The notes: generated from the sequence alone by a model not told the origin. DNA of 64,000 bases from an uncultured archaeon (GCA_963810275.1 CAWENF010000027.1:23655-87654); one strand, 5' to 3'. Positions 9,779 to 20,607 are shown, counted from the first letter of the stretch. Program-made: numbers and translations.

Positions 9779-12119
9779 CTACCCGTTTACCCGATAGATT
9801 GCTGCTTCTTTGTTAATAAATACCAAGCTATATTGAGGGTCAAGGGTGAATTTAGGCTGTATACCTGGGTTTTTAAAAACAATCACGTAGGAAACTTGGC
9901 GGCAGCTCAATTGGGCGTGGTAATCGAATACAGTAAAGTCATCTTGACCTGTAGTTTTAAGTTTCTGCATTTTATCTAGTTTTTCTGCAGAGTACAGCTG
10001 TATTAAGCCCGTATAGTCGAGGATTCCGTCGTTGATTTTCTCAATGTCTTTGTCTGTGTATTGGTATGTTCCAGCGTAGAAGCTAAACTCCACTGAAGAC
10101 GCCAAATTGAGTTTGTACGTGAGGTATAGAGAATCAGAATTTGAAATTTCCGCAGGGCGAGCCTCTGCACTGGGAAAACTCAACTGTGCCATCGTTTTCA
10201 TGCCTATATCAACTAAGCCAACGTTTGAGTGGTCATCAGCGATGAAGGGTGCAATGCTACTTTTCGTGGCTATGCCGAACTGCAGTGTTACAAATCCAAC
10301 TTCAGGTTTTACGGCGGTGAACCTTTCTGTTACATTTGCCAGAACAGATTCTGCGTACATAGTCACTTTCTGAGTGTAGTTGAAAAATGTGTTTCCATGC
10401 GTGACTACAATTGACTCCGAGTTAGCGGTACTCTCAAGGTGCATATCCAGAACAGACATGTCGGAGATGTGGATGATTTCGGTGTCTTTTCCGTCTTGAA
10501 GGGTGACTATTGTATTAGTGTTATTGAAGTTGAAGAACGGGAACGGGTAGTATTCATTTCGGATTTTTGCTAAAAACTCTGGGTTATGCCGTCCCAGATA
10601 GCCACCGTCTTCTCTCACCTGCAAATACCCATTGTCAATCATGTAATCCGTATCAAGGATATTTCTGGCAAACGTGGCGTTATCCACCTCACGGTTAAGC
10701 GACAGAAACTGCGGATCCACAGCACTTAAAGTCGGACGCTGGGCAAATCCGCCAAGCCACCAGCCATACAAGGCGTCAGTGACAAACACAGCATTTCTTG
10801 CAGTGTTGTTTTTAGTCCACTGCAATGCCTCCCAACCCTGATTATCCATGGTCTGATAGAAACTCTGGATGCTCTCCCCAACATTGTTGTAGATAGGCGA
10901 CATGAAAATCGGAAGCGCAACAAACGAGAAAATCAGAAAAGAAGCGGAGAAGATGGTGTAGATGTTTTTGTGTGCTAAGGCTTTGGCGATTTGGTTTGCG
11001 CGTTTGTTGACCGTTTTCTTGATGGGTTGAGCTTTCTGGCTTAGAGTTTGGTATGTGTCAATGATGTGGGCGAAGAACTCTGAGCCATAGTCGATGAGTA
11101 CCGCAATAAACACCAAAAGCGGTAGAATTAGAAAGTAGAGGAAGCGGTTGTAGTCAAAGGGAAACTGTGCCAGATAGCCCTGCGTGAAGACGACGCACAC
11201 TAACACCCAAACGGAAAGCAAAAACACGGGCAAAGTAAACCAGCTGTTATAAAAGCGTTTGGAGAATATGGCAAAAGCAGGGATTAACCCAAGCAGCGGC
11301 AAAACAATCGGTAATGGGCAAGACGCGGGTTGAGAGCGTGGCGTTGCCAATGTCACTTGCAGCTGAAGAGCCGGATAGATAGCTGCTTTCACCCAGATAT
11401 GCTGGTATTGCCTCGGCAATGAAGGGCGCCACCAATACAGCGCCTATTATGATGGGCAGCACCCAGTAGAGCGCCGTTTTCCTAGTGATGCCTAAATGCT
11501 TGGGGAACAGCAAGATGCCCAAAACAACGACTGCTGATATTATCACAAATACGCCTGAGCTAAGCGAATGTGTTAGGAAAAGGGCGCCGACTATTATTGA
11601 TGTGGAGGCTAAGTAGGGTAGCTTAGTGAAGCGTTCCCGCTCAAGGTAGAGGTAAAACGTCAACGGAATCAGCATTAAGGTTATAACATTAGGGTAGCCA
11701 GCCCACAGGAGCATTTCGATGTCAAAACGGGAAATCGCTGCTAAAAACGCCACTAACAGCGCTGCTGACTCCGAGAAAACCTGTTTAGTAATCAGATAAG
11801 TGCACAGCACAAGAATTGAACTAAAAAGTGCTACAACCACACCCTGTGCCACAAACTCAGGCAACCCAGTAAGCATAAACATTGCAGACATGAAGATGTG
11901 GTAACCCGGAAAAGTCAGTGAAGGACCACCGCCAATGTGGAAAAAGTTGTAGAAATAATCCACGCCTCCCGAACCCGTAATTGAGTAAATCACGCTGTTA
12001 TGTAATCCTATGTCGGCTCCCGGAGGGTATCCATCCCAAAAAATGAGCAGCATGCGGAATGCAAATGAAAAAATAAAGATAGTAGCCAGCAACAAATGCT
12101 TTCGATTTACGCCCCGCAT
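9779..12119 (-). CDS. Second GT-C/PMT-like membrane protein, paralog of 7458-9761; split by one frameshift near 11317
   Basis: ORFs 11247-12119 and 9779-11419 join by removing one C (VLP|LPIVLPLLGLIP). Motifs GADIGLH, FPGYH, LTHSLS. C-terminus resembles the paralog (LVFINKEAAIYRV vs MVYSNDRYVVFRV). Confidence 0.7.
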
Positions 12120-12159
12120 TAACTTTCAGCCCTAATATGCATACTTTTAATTTGTTGGT

Positions 12160-12172
12160 AAAAGGTTAAATA
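12160..12172 (+). promoter_or_regulatory. Archaeal BRE/TATA promoter for the corrinoid protein-mtrH operon
   Basis: AAAAGG-TTAAATA about 45 bp upstream of the gene start. Confidence 0.45.
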
Positions 12173-12217
12173 TGAATCTCGAGTATAAAAAGCCCAGAGT
12201 ATCAACAAAGGAAAAAG

Positions 12218-12652
12218 GTGTTTAATATGTCGTGGCTAAAATCTATGATGGAAAAAGAACCACCAGAACCAGAGAATCCATTAGGCATTGTCGTTATTGG
12301 TAACATTGAACCAGACATGCATGACACAGCCAAAGAAGCAGTACGCAGATCACTAAAACGCGCAGGCTTCAAAACCATCGATGTCGGAAAAAGTGTCGCA
12401 CCACAGGTCTTCATTGACAAGGTAAAAGAAAACAACGCAAACCTAATCGCACTCTCAGTCAACACTGTCCCAGCAAAGAACAACCTATCAAAACTAGACG
12501 AACTACTCAAAGCAGCAGGTCTGAAAGACAAAGTCGGCATCATCATGGGCGGCGCAGCCGTTAAAAAAGAAGATGCTGATGCGTTTGGTGCACTCTTCGG
12601 CAAAAACAAAGAAGAAGCTCCAGAGCTGGCAAAGAAAGCAATTAAGCAATAA
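12218..12652 (+). CDS. Stand-alone cobalamin (B12)-binding corrinoid protein
   Basis: GNIEPDMHDTAK (DxHxxG-like), IDVG, IALS, IMGGAAV Rossmann B12-binding motifs. No N-terminal cap domain. Confidence 0.88.
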   Translation: MFNMSWLKSMMEKEPPEPENPLGIVVIGNIEPDMHDTAKEAVRRSLKRAGFKTIDVGKSVAPQVFIDKVKENNANLIALSVNTVPAKNNLSKLDELLKAAGLKDKVGIIMGGAAVKKEDADAFGALFGKNKEEAPELAKKAIKQ

Positions 12653-12671
12653 TCCATCAGAAGTGGAATAA

Positions 12672-13583
12672 ATGTCCTTTAAGTTCAACACAGAACAAAA
12701 AATATTCGAAATTGGGAATGCCAAAATTGGCGGTCAGCCAGGCGAAAACCCTACTTTCTTAATCGGTTCCATCTTCTGGTTAGGCCAAAAAATGGTTCAA
12801 GATGCAAACAAAGGCATCTTCGACGCCAAAGCTGCAGAAGATATAATTAACCGGTGCCAAACACAAAGCGACATCACAGGCGTTAAGTTCGCTCTCGACA
12901 TTGTTGGCACAACTGAAACCGCCTTCGAAAAATACATTGACTTCGTCCCCAATCACACTGACGCACCACTTATGCTTGACGCAATGAGTCCAAAGACCCG
13001 TATGGCTGCAGCAAACTTGGCAAAGAAAATGGGCTTAACCGACAGATGCCTTTACAACTCAGTTTATAAAGGCGTTACAGACGCCGAATTAGCAAACCTT
13101 AAAGAAAGCGGCATCAAAATGTCAATTGTTCTCGCTGACGACCCCAAAGACACAACTCTCGAAGGCAAAATGAACGTTATCGTTGAAGCATTAGCCCTCG
13201 CAGAGAAAGGCGGAATCACCAAACCACTCATCGATACAGCAATCCCCGCATTCGAACCAGACATGGGCACATCCGTCAGAGCAATAACCATCATGAAGGA
13301 AAAGTATGGTTACCCAGTCGGATTAGGCAGCGGAAACGTTGTCACAACCATGGGTTGGGTCAAAGCAAACTTTGAAAAACAATACCGCAAAGGCACAGTA
13401 TGTTCAACAAACACCATCATGCAAATGGCCGGCGCAAACTGGCTCATGATTGGTCCAGCTGAACAAGCTGAATGGGTGTTCCCAGCCGCAGCCATCACCG
13501 ACACATACATTGCATCTGCAGCAGCTGACCTCGGAACAAGACCACTCGAAGAAACCCACCCAATCTACAAAGCTTTCCTGTAA
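12672..13583 (+). CDS. mtrH: MtrH/MtgA-like methylcorrinoid:pterin methyltransferase
   Basis: EQKIFEIGNAKIGGQPGENPTFLIGSIF N-terminus, YNSV, KPLIDTA, KEKYGYPVGLG, GANWLMIGP. No other mtr subunits nearby. Confidence 0.9.
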   Translation: MSFKFNTEQKIFEIGNAKIGGQPGENPTFLIGSIFWLGQKMVQDANKGIFDAKAAEDIINRCQTQSDITGVKFALDIVGTTETAFEKYIDFVPNHTDAPLMLDAMSPKTRMAAANLAKKMGLTDRCLYNSVYKGVTDAELANLKESGIKMSIVLADDPKDTTLEGKMNVIVEALALAEKGGITKPLIDTAIPAFEPDMGTSVRAITIMKEKYGYPVGLGSGNVVTTMGWVKANFEKQYRKGTVCSTNTIMQMAGANWLMIGPAEQAEWVFPAAAITDTYIASAAADLGTRPLEETHPIYKAFL

Positions 13584-13585
13584 AG

Positions 13586-13605
13586 CTTTTCCTTTTCTTT
13601 TCTTT
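13586..13605 (+). terminator. Oligo-T/pyrimidine-rich archaeal terminator after mtrH
   Basis: CTTTTCCTTTTCTTTTCTTT immediately after the stop codon. Confidence 0.5.
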
Positions 13606-13981
13606 GTTTAAAAAACTTGAAAGTGCCCCTTTGAAACCGCTAAGATGGCTAGAAATCGTTGCAGGATACACTTTAGTGACGTTACTCGCCACACTCTTTG
13701 TAACCGCTGAACCGCTTATTTATGTGCGTTACATTTTGGGTTTCGTCTTCGTTGTGTTTCTGCCGGGGTATTGTTTGGTTAACATATTGTTTATTGGTAA
13801 AAACCGAATTGACTTCGTCGAGACTCTTGTGCTTTCTGTAGCGCTAAGTTTCAGTTTAACAGGCTTAATCGGGCTGTTTCTGGGTTTGTCACCCATCGGC
13901 ATTGACTTTGCCTCCATCACTATATCGCTAAACGCCCTTGGTATTTGCTTTAGCCTCCGTGGCTTACATACGAAAAGTTAA
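13604..13981 (+). CDS. DUF1616-like small membrane protein
   Basis: RYILGFVFVVFLPGY..V..LF and E..VLSVALS motifs. Confidence 0.75.
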   Translation: MFKKLESAPLKPLRWLEIVAGYTLVTLLATLFVTAEPLIYVRYILGFVFVVFLPGYCLVNILFIGKNRIDFVETLVLSVALSFSLTGLIGLFLGLSPIGIDFASITISLNALGICFSLRGLHTKS

Positions 13982-13988
13982 GGTGCCT

Positions 13989-15371
13989 CTACCAGTACTT
14001 CAAGTGCAGAGCTCTAAGCAGGTAAGCGCCTGACGTTTTAACCGCAGATTTCCCATAAGTCCCGCCCAACAGCATCATGTGCAGAACGTAGCCTGGTCGG
14101 AGGTAGAAGTCCTGGTATGCTTTAGCTCGTAACTCCGCAAGTTTTTCCATGCTTAACTGAGGGGTTTCGAAGGTTGGACCTGCGGTATCGTAGCGGTCAA
14201 AGTCTGTGACTCGTAGCCACCCGTTTTTGATGACTTCATCATACATTGGCGTTCCCGGGTAGGGGGTGGCTATGTAGAAGCCTACGTCTTCGGGGTTTAG
14301 TGAAGAGACGAATTTGATGGTTTCTTTGGCTGTCTGCTCGGTTTCGCCCGGGAAGCCTAAGACAACATTGGCGATGGTCATTAAGCCGACTTGATGAGCA
14401 GTTTTGTAGGCTTGGCGGGTTTGTTCCAGTTTGATGCTCTTGTTCATTTTGCCTAAAATCAGCTCTGAACCCGATTCGACGCCTAGCCAGACGGCGATGC
14501 ATCCTGCGTTTTTCATGGTTTGCATGAGTTCTCGGTCTACCATGTCGACGCGGGTCCCGCAGTCCCAAATGAGTTTGAGGTTTCGTTTGTGGAGTTCACT
14601 GCAGATTTCCAGTACCCTGTTGCGGTCAACGCTAAACGCATCGTCGTAGAAGGTAACTTGGTCTACGCCGTACTTGTCGTGCACGTATTGCATTTCGTCC
14701 ACAACGTTTTTGGCGCTACGCATACGGTAGCCTCTGCCGAACATGCGAACAGTGCTGCAGAAGTCGCACCAATACACGCAGCCTCTGCTGGAGACGAGTG
14801 GAAAGAGGATTTTGCCGTTATGTCGAAGGTTTTCCAGTGGCAGGAGATGGTGCGCTGGGAATGGCAGGGCGTCAAGATCTTTTATGAAGGGACGGTCGGG
14901 GTTTCGGACGGTTTTGTCGTCATCACGGTAAGTTATGCCCAATATGCCTTTGAGGCTGCTTTGACCCTCAAGCTTCTCAGCCAATTCGAGAAGGGTTTCT
15001 TCTCCTTCGCGTCTGACTACGACATCAAGAGCTGAGTACTCTTTGAGGGCGTTTTCATCCCAGAACGTCCCATGTGAACCACCCAGAGCTGTTGTTGCTT
15101 GGGGCTGGACTTCCTTGGCAATGGTGATTAGTTTCATGGCGGATTTGTAGAGCAGCGTGGTGGCGGTTGCGCCTATGAGGTCGGAGGGTGTTTCTGCAAG
15201 GCGTGTGCGGAAGGTGTCATAGTTTAGGTGGTCAGCTTGGCAATCGATGACGTTGACTTTGTGTCCTGCATTTTCGGCCACGGCGCCCAAGTATGCAAGT
15301 CCGAGCGGTATAAAGGGTGGGTGGCTGTGTACGCTTGGCGGGTATGGCGGGTTAACTAGAGTGATTTTCAT
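13989..15371 (-). CDS. Cobalamin-binding radical SAM enzyme (#1)
   Basis: MKITLVNPPYP...PLGLAYL B12-binding N-domain, GGSH, SRGCVYWCDFC, GVESGS, TPYPGT, FYLRP. Confidence 0.93.
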   Translation of the reverse strand: MKITLVNPPYPPSVHSHPPFIPLGLAYLGAVAENAGHKVNVIDCQADHLNYDTFRTRLAETPSDLIGATATTLLYKSAMKLITIAKEVQPQATTALGGSHGTFWDENALKEYSALDVVVRREGEETLLELAEKLEGQSSLKGILGITYRDDDKTVRNPDRPFIKDLDALPFPAHHLLPLENLRHNGKILFPLVSSRGCVYWCDFCSTVRMFGRGYRMRSAKNVVDEMQYVHDKYGVDQVTFYDDAFSVDRNRVLEICSELHKRNLKLIWDCGTRVDMVDRELMQTMKNAGCIAVWLGVESGSELILGKMNKSIKLEQTRQAYKTAHQVGLMTIANVVLGFPGETEQTAKETIKFVSSLNPEDVGFYIATPYPGTPMYDEVIKNGWLRVTDFDRYDTAGPTFETPQLSMEKLAELRAKAYQDFYLRPGYVLHMMLLGGTYGKSAVKTSGAYLLRALHLKYW

Positions 15372-15587
15372 GTGATTTGCCCCTTGACCTTTGTTTTTAA
15401 TGTTGGAACCCATATAATGCTTTCTTAGTAGATGCAAAGTTTTAGGTTGTATGCTGTTTTTTTTTTAGTAAACAGCAACCGGGGCTGCGTTATCTCCACC
15501 TTAGAGACTAAGCAAGTTTTTGGCGTTTGCGTCCGGTTTGGGTTGTGCTGCCCATTGGTTAGTTGTAGAGATTTGTCCATATGGTTC

Positions 15588-16612
15588 TCAGAGGCGCTTT
15601 TCGGTTAGAACCTTCATGTCAACATTTACGAATTGCTTGAAAGCTTTCTTCCCATACTTCTTATCCAACATCTGCGTGTACTCTTAAAACGCCTTAAGCA
15701 CTGGGGCACCTCCAAGTTTTTTTCTCAAACGTCATCTTCATAATCCACCCTCTGCCCCGAAGATAACCCGTTCCCGCCGCTAAATTCTATTCTTTCAAAC
15801 CTTGCTGCGCAATGCGTTCGCAGTGGATGCAATGTTCAGATAAAATCTTGAATATGGTGCCTTGAACAAAACCCCAAATCGTCAGCGACTTCTCACTGCC
15901 TCTATTGGCGAAGTAGACTTCAGGGTCAACCACTAGTTTCTCCGTCTCAAATTTGCTGCGGCGACCAAAATCCGCAAAAACTAAATACATGCGCCTCAAA
16001 GTTTACAGTTTGTGCTTGATGAGCAAACGTGTCTTTTCCACTCATCTTTAACGAAGAATCAAACAAGGTCTTCAACAGCTTATGAACAGTTTTGAACGAG
16101 GCCGTTTCTTCCTCAGAGAACGGCAAGTTCTGAGGGAAATCAGTGATTTTTACCTCAGACGTTAGTGCTTTTTCAGGTTCCACCAACTCGCTTTGCGGCA
16201 ACTCTGCAAGAATAGCCTTCAAACGCCTTATCCCCTCGAAAGGCTCCACAAATATGATACTCTTCCTCAGACGCCACGCCAATTTTCGCCTTAATTTTCT
16301 CTCTGTTCCAAGGGCCAAGCGTATCCTTCAAAGTGTCACATTGAAACCGAGTGCAATATCCGCAGTTACTTACATCCATCCCATTATGTGTGCGCATTCC
16401 CGTTTCAGGTATCTTCTGTTTGGGAGCTTGGATTGCCTTGGGATTTCTGCATCTGAGGTCTGGCATGTCACGCATGGAGTCTGAATCGGCATATACCCAA
16501 GAATGCTTTTAGTTTTGTTCTTTTAGCTTTCAAACTCTTCTTTAATCATGCCTTTGCAGGGGTAAGGTTCCCACGGGCAAGCGCCATATTTTATGCCACA
16601 TTTAGAAACCAT
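15588..16612 (-). pseudogene. Decayed DUF3795-like Cys-rich protein gene
   Basis: Starts MVSKCGIKYGACPW, contains NCGYCTRFQC. Several in-frame stops and frameshifts split it into ORF fragments at 16173, 15947 and 15787. Confidence 0.55.
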
Positions 16613-16745
16613 ATTCGGAATTTATCTTGTCTCCAAGAAAAATTGGGCGGGAAATTGATTAAAAGATTTTTTGTGGTAGATTCGTTATCCTATTTTTAGA
16701 GTACGCGCCTCATTTGATAAAATTGAAAACAAAAGAAAGGAAAAC

Positions 16746-18131
16746 TTAGGACAATTTGATGTGCATGGCTCTCAACGCATACGCTGCTGACGTTTTAAGT
16801 CCGCTCCGCCCGTACGTTCCGCCTCTGCGAATCATCTTGAGCATGTAAGCGGGACGCAGATAAAACTTCTGATGTGCTTTGTACTTGATTTCGCGGAGTT
16901 TCTCCATGCTCAAGTCTGGAGTTTCAAACGTAGGGGTTGCGGTGTCATACTTGTTGAAGTCTGTAACTCGTAGCCAGCCGTTGTTGACTACTTCGTCGTA
17001 CATTGGCGTGCCGGGGTAGGGTGTTGCGATGTAGCAGCCAATGTCATCAGGATTTAGGCTGTTGATGAAGTTGATGGTTTCCCATGCTGTCTCTTCGGTT
17101 TCGCCTGGGAACCCAATGACGGCGCTTGCAATCGTCATCAACCCAGATTTCTGGGATATTTTAAAGGCATCCTTGACTTGTTCACGGTTAATTTTCTTGT
17201 GCATCTTGTCTAAGATCTTGGTTGAGCCAGATTCAACGCCGTACCAAACGGTGATGCATCCTGCGTCATGCATATTCTCCAGCAGCTCCTTGTCTACTGC
17301 GTCGACGCGGGTTTCGCAGTCCCACTCCACATTGAGCCCACGTGCTTTAATGTCTGCGCAGAGCTCAAGGGTGTGGTTGCGGTTGATGGTGAATGCGTCG
17401 TCATAGAAGGTGAATTGGCTTTCACCGTACTTTTTGTTAAGCATCTCCATTTCGTCAACGACTTTGTGGGGGTTGCGGACGCGGTAGCCTCTGCCGAACA
17501 TACGAACAGTGCTACAGAAGTCACACCATTGGACGCAGCCGCGGCTAGTGACTAATGGAAAGATGGTTTTGCCCATGCGGTGGAACGCGTCGATGGGCAG
17601 CAAGTGGTAAGCGGGTGAGGGTAAGCTGTCGAGATCCATGAGGAAGGGCCGATCGTCATGACGGATGATTTTGCCTTCTTCGCTGCGAATTGTAGTTCCC
17701 AAGACGCCTTTGAAGTTCTTCTTTTCCTGCATGCGTTTGAGGAGTTCGACGAATGTGGTTTCGCCTTCCCGTCTTACGATGACGTCTATTGATGGGCATT
17801 CGTTTAGGGCGTTTTCATCCCAAAAAGTTACGTGGCTGCCTCCTATCATGGTGGTGGCGTCTGGGTGCTCCTCTTTGGCTGCTTCCATGATGCCTTTAGC
17901 AGAGTTGTACAGCAATGTAGTGGAGGTTACGCCGACGATGTCTGGAGATTCTTTGCTTATACGTTGCTGGAAGGTTTCGACTGTTAAATGTTCAGCTTGG
18001 CAGTCAATGACGTTAACTTCGTGTCCTTCCTTTTCTGCGACTGCTCCCAAGTAGGCGATGCCTAACGGAATGAAGGGTGGGTGAGCGTGAGCGTTAGGTG
18101 GATAGGGTGGGTTGACGAGGGTAACTTTCAC
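16746..18131 (-). CDS. Cobalamin-binding radical SAM enzyme (#2), close paralog of #1
   Basis: MKVTLVNPPYP, SRGCVQWCDFCSTVRMFGRGYR, GVESGS, TPYPGT, FYLRP. Confidence 0.93.
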   Translation of the reverse strand: MKVTLVNPPYPPNAHAHPPFIPLGIAYLGAVAEKEGHEVNVIDCQAEHLTVETFQQRISKESPDIVGVTSTTLLYNSAKGIMEAAKEEHPDATTMIGGSHVTFWDENALNECPSIDVIVRREGETTFVELLKRMQEKKNFKGVLGTTIRSEEGKIIRHDDRPFLMDLDSLPSPAYHLLPIDAFHRMGKTIFPLVTSRGCVQWCDFCSTVRMFGRGYRVRNPHKVVDEMEMLNKKYGESQFTFYDDAFTINRNHTLELCADIKARGLNVEWDCETRVDAVDKELLENMHDAGCITVWYGVESGSTKILDKMHKKINREQVKDAFKISQKSGLMTIASAVIGFPGETEETAWETINFINSLNPDDIGCYIATPYPGTPMYDEVVNNGWLRVTDFNKYDTATPTFETPDLSMEKLREIKYKAHQKFYLRPAYMLKMIRRGGTYGRSGLKTSAAYALRAMHIKLS

Positions 18132-18323
18132 ATGTATTCGCCCTTGATAGTGTTGGATAAACGGTGGAACGCAATATAATGTTTACGTATTAGATTGGAT
18201 AAGGTGTAAATTGCGTTTTCTACCAAAAAACTGTATGGAAAAAGCTAAAATCTGTTAGTCTACGCTTGAATCTTTATGCTCACTTTCCTCATCAACTGTG
18301 CCTTTTCTTTTTGCGCCTAAGAG

Positions 18324-19409
18324 TCATAAACGCCGCTGAAGCCCAGTAACCGCAGCTACCAAGCCCAAAGATACTAAAATAAAGTACATAGGCAACACGA
18401 CAACAGTGCTTTGGCCGCTGATTGCTCCGTTTAGCTCCCTGTTACCCAACCAGCTTGCCTGCACCTGAATGTTGCCAGTAGCGGTCGGCAGCAAAATATA
18501 GCTGAAAGTTCCGTCAGGTTTGGTTTGCGCCGTTGCGATAGTCCGCCAGCAGTCATTGCCCCACTGCGTCTGCAATGTTACGTTTTCGTTGGGGGTTAAC
18601 GGCTCAATTTTCCCAGTTATGACGAGTTCGGTGTGTTCAAGTGTGAACGGCGCTGAAACATGGAGGTTTAAGTTGCTTGCGTCGAGTTCCCGCAATTTTG
18701 CCGATACCTGTCCGATGGAGGCCTGTTCAGTGTGGGGTAATCCGACGATTTGCGCCGTCACGTTCTGGTAACCAGTTGGGCACTCTCCGATGCGCCATCC
18801 GTCCCTCCATTTACTGCCTGTGCATTCGCCGATGTAGTAGGTCGCATTTTGATAAGTTACACTGTAAACGTCTACTCGGGCATCCGTGGGTGCACCTTCT
18901 ATGTCGACAGCGATCTCCATGTGGTCGCTGCTCTTGATAGTGGAGGATGACCACCGGGACACCGCCTGCCTCAAGTATGGATGCCGCAAAGTAGACAAAA
19001 AGGTCGCATTCTACGCTATTATCCACCATAATCTCCCCAAGGTACTTTCCAGGCAAGGTTTCCTAATAAGGAATCTGGTGCACCAACGCCAAGACGCCGT
19101 TAGCGAAGTCTTCGGTATTGTTTTAAATCTGCCACATTCTGTTCAATATGGGTGTAAGAGCATAGGGCGAACGAACTTGGCGAAGTCGTCAGGTTGAAAC
19201 ACGAAGTGGTTCTGAATGGAATAATACTGATAGAGGCTGTATTATGGTAACGTTTAATTCGTAGTTCACAGGCTACCAGGGGATACTGGCAGTAGAAATG
19301 AAACTGCATAATCGTGTGGTTCCCCCTGCATTTTAGCTATAGGCGCCAGTGAGAGAATAACCAGTGATAATGTGGCGAAACATACAACTTGAAGACGCGG
19401 AATTTTCAT
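18324..19409 (-). pseudogene. Decayed secreted transglutaminase-like (Cys-protease fold) protein with Ig-like domain and C-terminal TM anchor
   Basis: Signal peptide from ATG 19409. Fragments VHQIPY*ETLPGKY..E.MVDN..ECDL...AASILEAGG..VV.L....HM and YYIGECTG. Multiple stops and frameshifts. Confidence 0.55.
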
Positions 19410-19482
19410 TATGCGATAGCCAGCTCAAGTGAACCTCTTAATGCAGCTGTGATTTAAATTGTTATTTCCCAAACCCGTCTTG

Positions 19483-20298
19483 TCAAGCTTCACCAAGGAT
19501 TACGCCGTCGCCTGCCAAAATTAGCGCAGACAGTTCCCTTGCAGCTTTAGCCACAGATTGGAAAGGGTTTTTCTCCGCCGCATCTGTCATAGTTAAGTGA
19601 AGCTCCACTTTAGGTCTTACATCAGAACCCATCGGATGCGACTTAACGTAAACCCCCACATTATCCGCCATTACTATATCGATTAACGGGGCAAGTTTAG
19701 ACTCGATTTCCTCCACAAACAGACTCCTCTGAGCAAAAACCTCCGAACCCGCAGCCTCCAAAATCCGAGGTGCAATAGTCTCTGTGAAGATAGCCCCCAT
19801 CTCTTTTGGGATGCCGGGCAAAACATACAGCTCCGATTCTCCGATGACCGCTCGCATGGCTGGCGCGGTGCCGATCGGGTTATCAACAACTTGAGCGTTT
19901 TTGGGCAGCATAGCCATCTTTAACCGTGGCGGATTCATCTGAAACTCTGTGGGTTCACCGCGTTCTTTGAAGTACTGTGCGATTCGAGTTTTAACGAACT
20001 TTAACGCCTCGGGATTCACAACCACCTTCTGCCCCAGTGCGACTGCGGCGGCCTGCATCGTTTTATCATCGAAAGTGGGTCCCAAGCCGCCTGTAGTGAT
20101 TATGAAATGAGATTTTCGGGCTGCAGCCTCACGTATACATTCTGCTATTGTGGGAATAACATCTGGGATGATGGTTTCCCGCTGAACTGACGCGCCCAGA
20201 GCTGTTATTTGCTGCGATAGCCAGTAGGCGTTGGTGTTTTGGATTTTCCCTATGAGCAGTTCGTTACCGATAGAGATGATTTCGACGTTTACAGTCAC
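19483..20298 (-). CDS. CinA N-terminal-like (molybdopterin-binding/MocF domain) protein
   Basis: IGNELLIGKIQNTNA, TGGLGPTFDDKT, NPIGTAP, LPGIPKEM. Confidence 0.9.
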   Translation of the reverse strand: MTVNVEIISIGNELLIGKIQNTNAYWLSQQITALGASVQRETIIPDVIPTIAECIREAAARKSHFIITTGGLGPTFDDKTMQAAAVALGQKVVVNPEALKFVKTRIAQYFKERGEPTEFQMNPPRLKMAMLPKNAQVVDNPIGTAPAMRAVIGESELYVLPGIPKEMGAIFTETIAPRILEAAGSEVFAQRSLFVEEIESKLAPLIDIVMADNVGVYVKSHPMGSDVRPKVELHLTMTDAAEKNPFQSVAKAARELSALILAGDGVILGEA

Positions 20299-20406
20299 AG
20301 CTGTTACCTTCCTGACAATACATTAGCGCTGTGCTTTTATGCCTATCCAAAAACGTGGTGCAGAGTCAACGCTAATAAAAGTATCCTGTGTCCAAATTGG
20401 GCAAAG

Positions 20407-20607
20407 CTACTTTTTGCTAAGGTACCATTTGAGGTATTCTTTGCGGCGGGCGGTTTTTGGGTCGTCATCGTCGAATCTTTGGCGTTTGTCTCGTTCGTCA
20501 TTTAGCTCCTGACCTGTGCAGGATAAACCGCAGCTTTTACACACATAGTTCTTGGTCAGCGAGATGTAATGCATTTCTCCACCGCATTCGGGACAATAAT
20601 TAACCAT
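20407..20607 (-). CDS. Small Zn-ribbon protein
   Basis: CPECGG...CKSCG, C-terminal EYLKWYLSKK typical of TACK small proteins. Confidence 0.8.
   Translation of the reverse strand: MVNYCPECGGEMHYISLTKNYVCKSCGLSCTGQELNDERDKRQRFDDDDPKTARRKEYLKWYLSKK

Noticed and set aside
12218-13583. Evidence of methanogenesis (Mtr complex)
   Set aside because: Only MtrH is present; no mtrA-G or mcr genes in the window.
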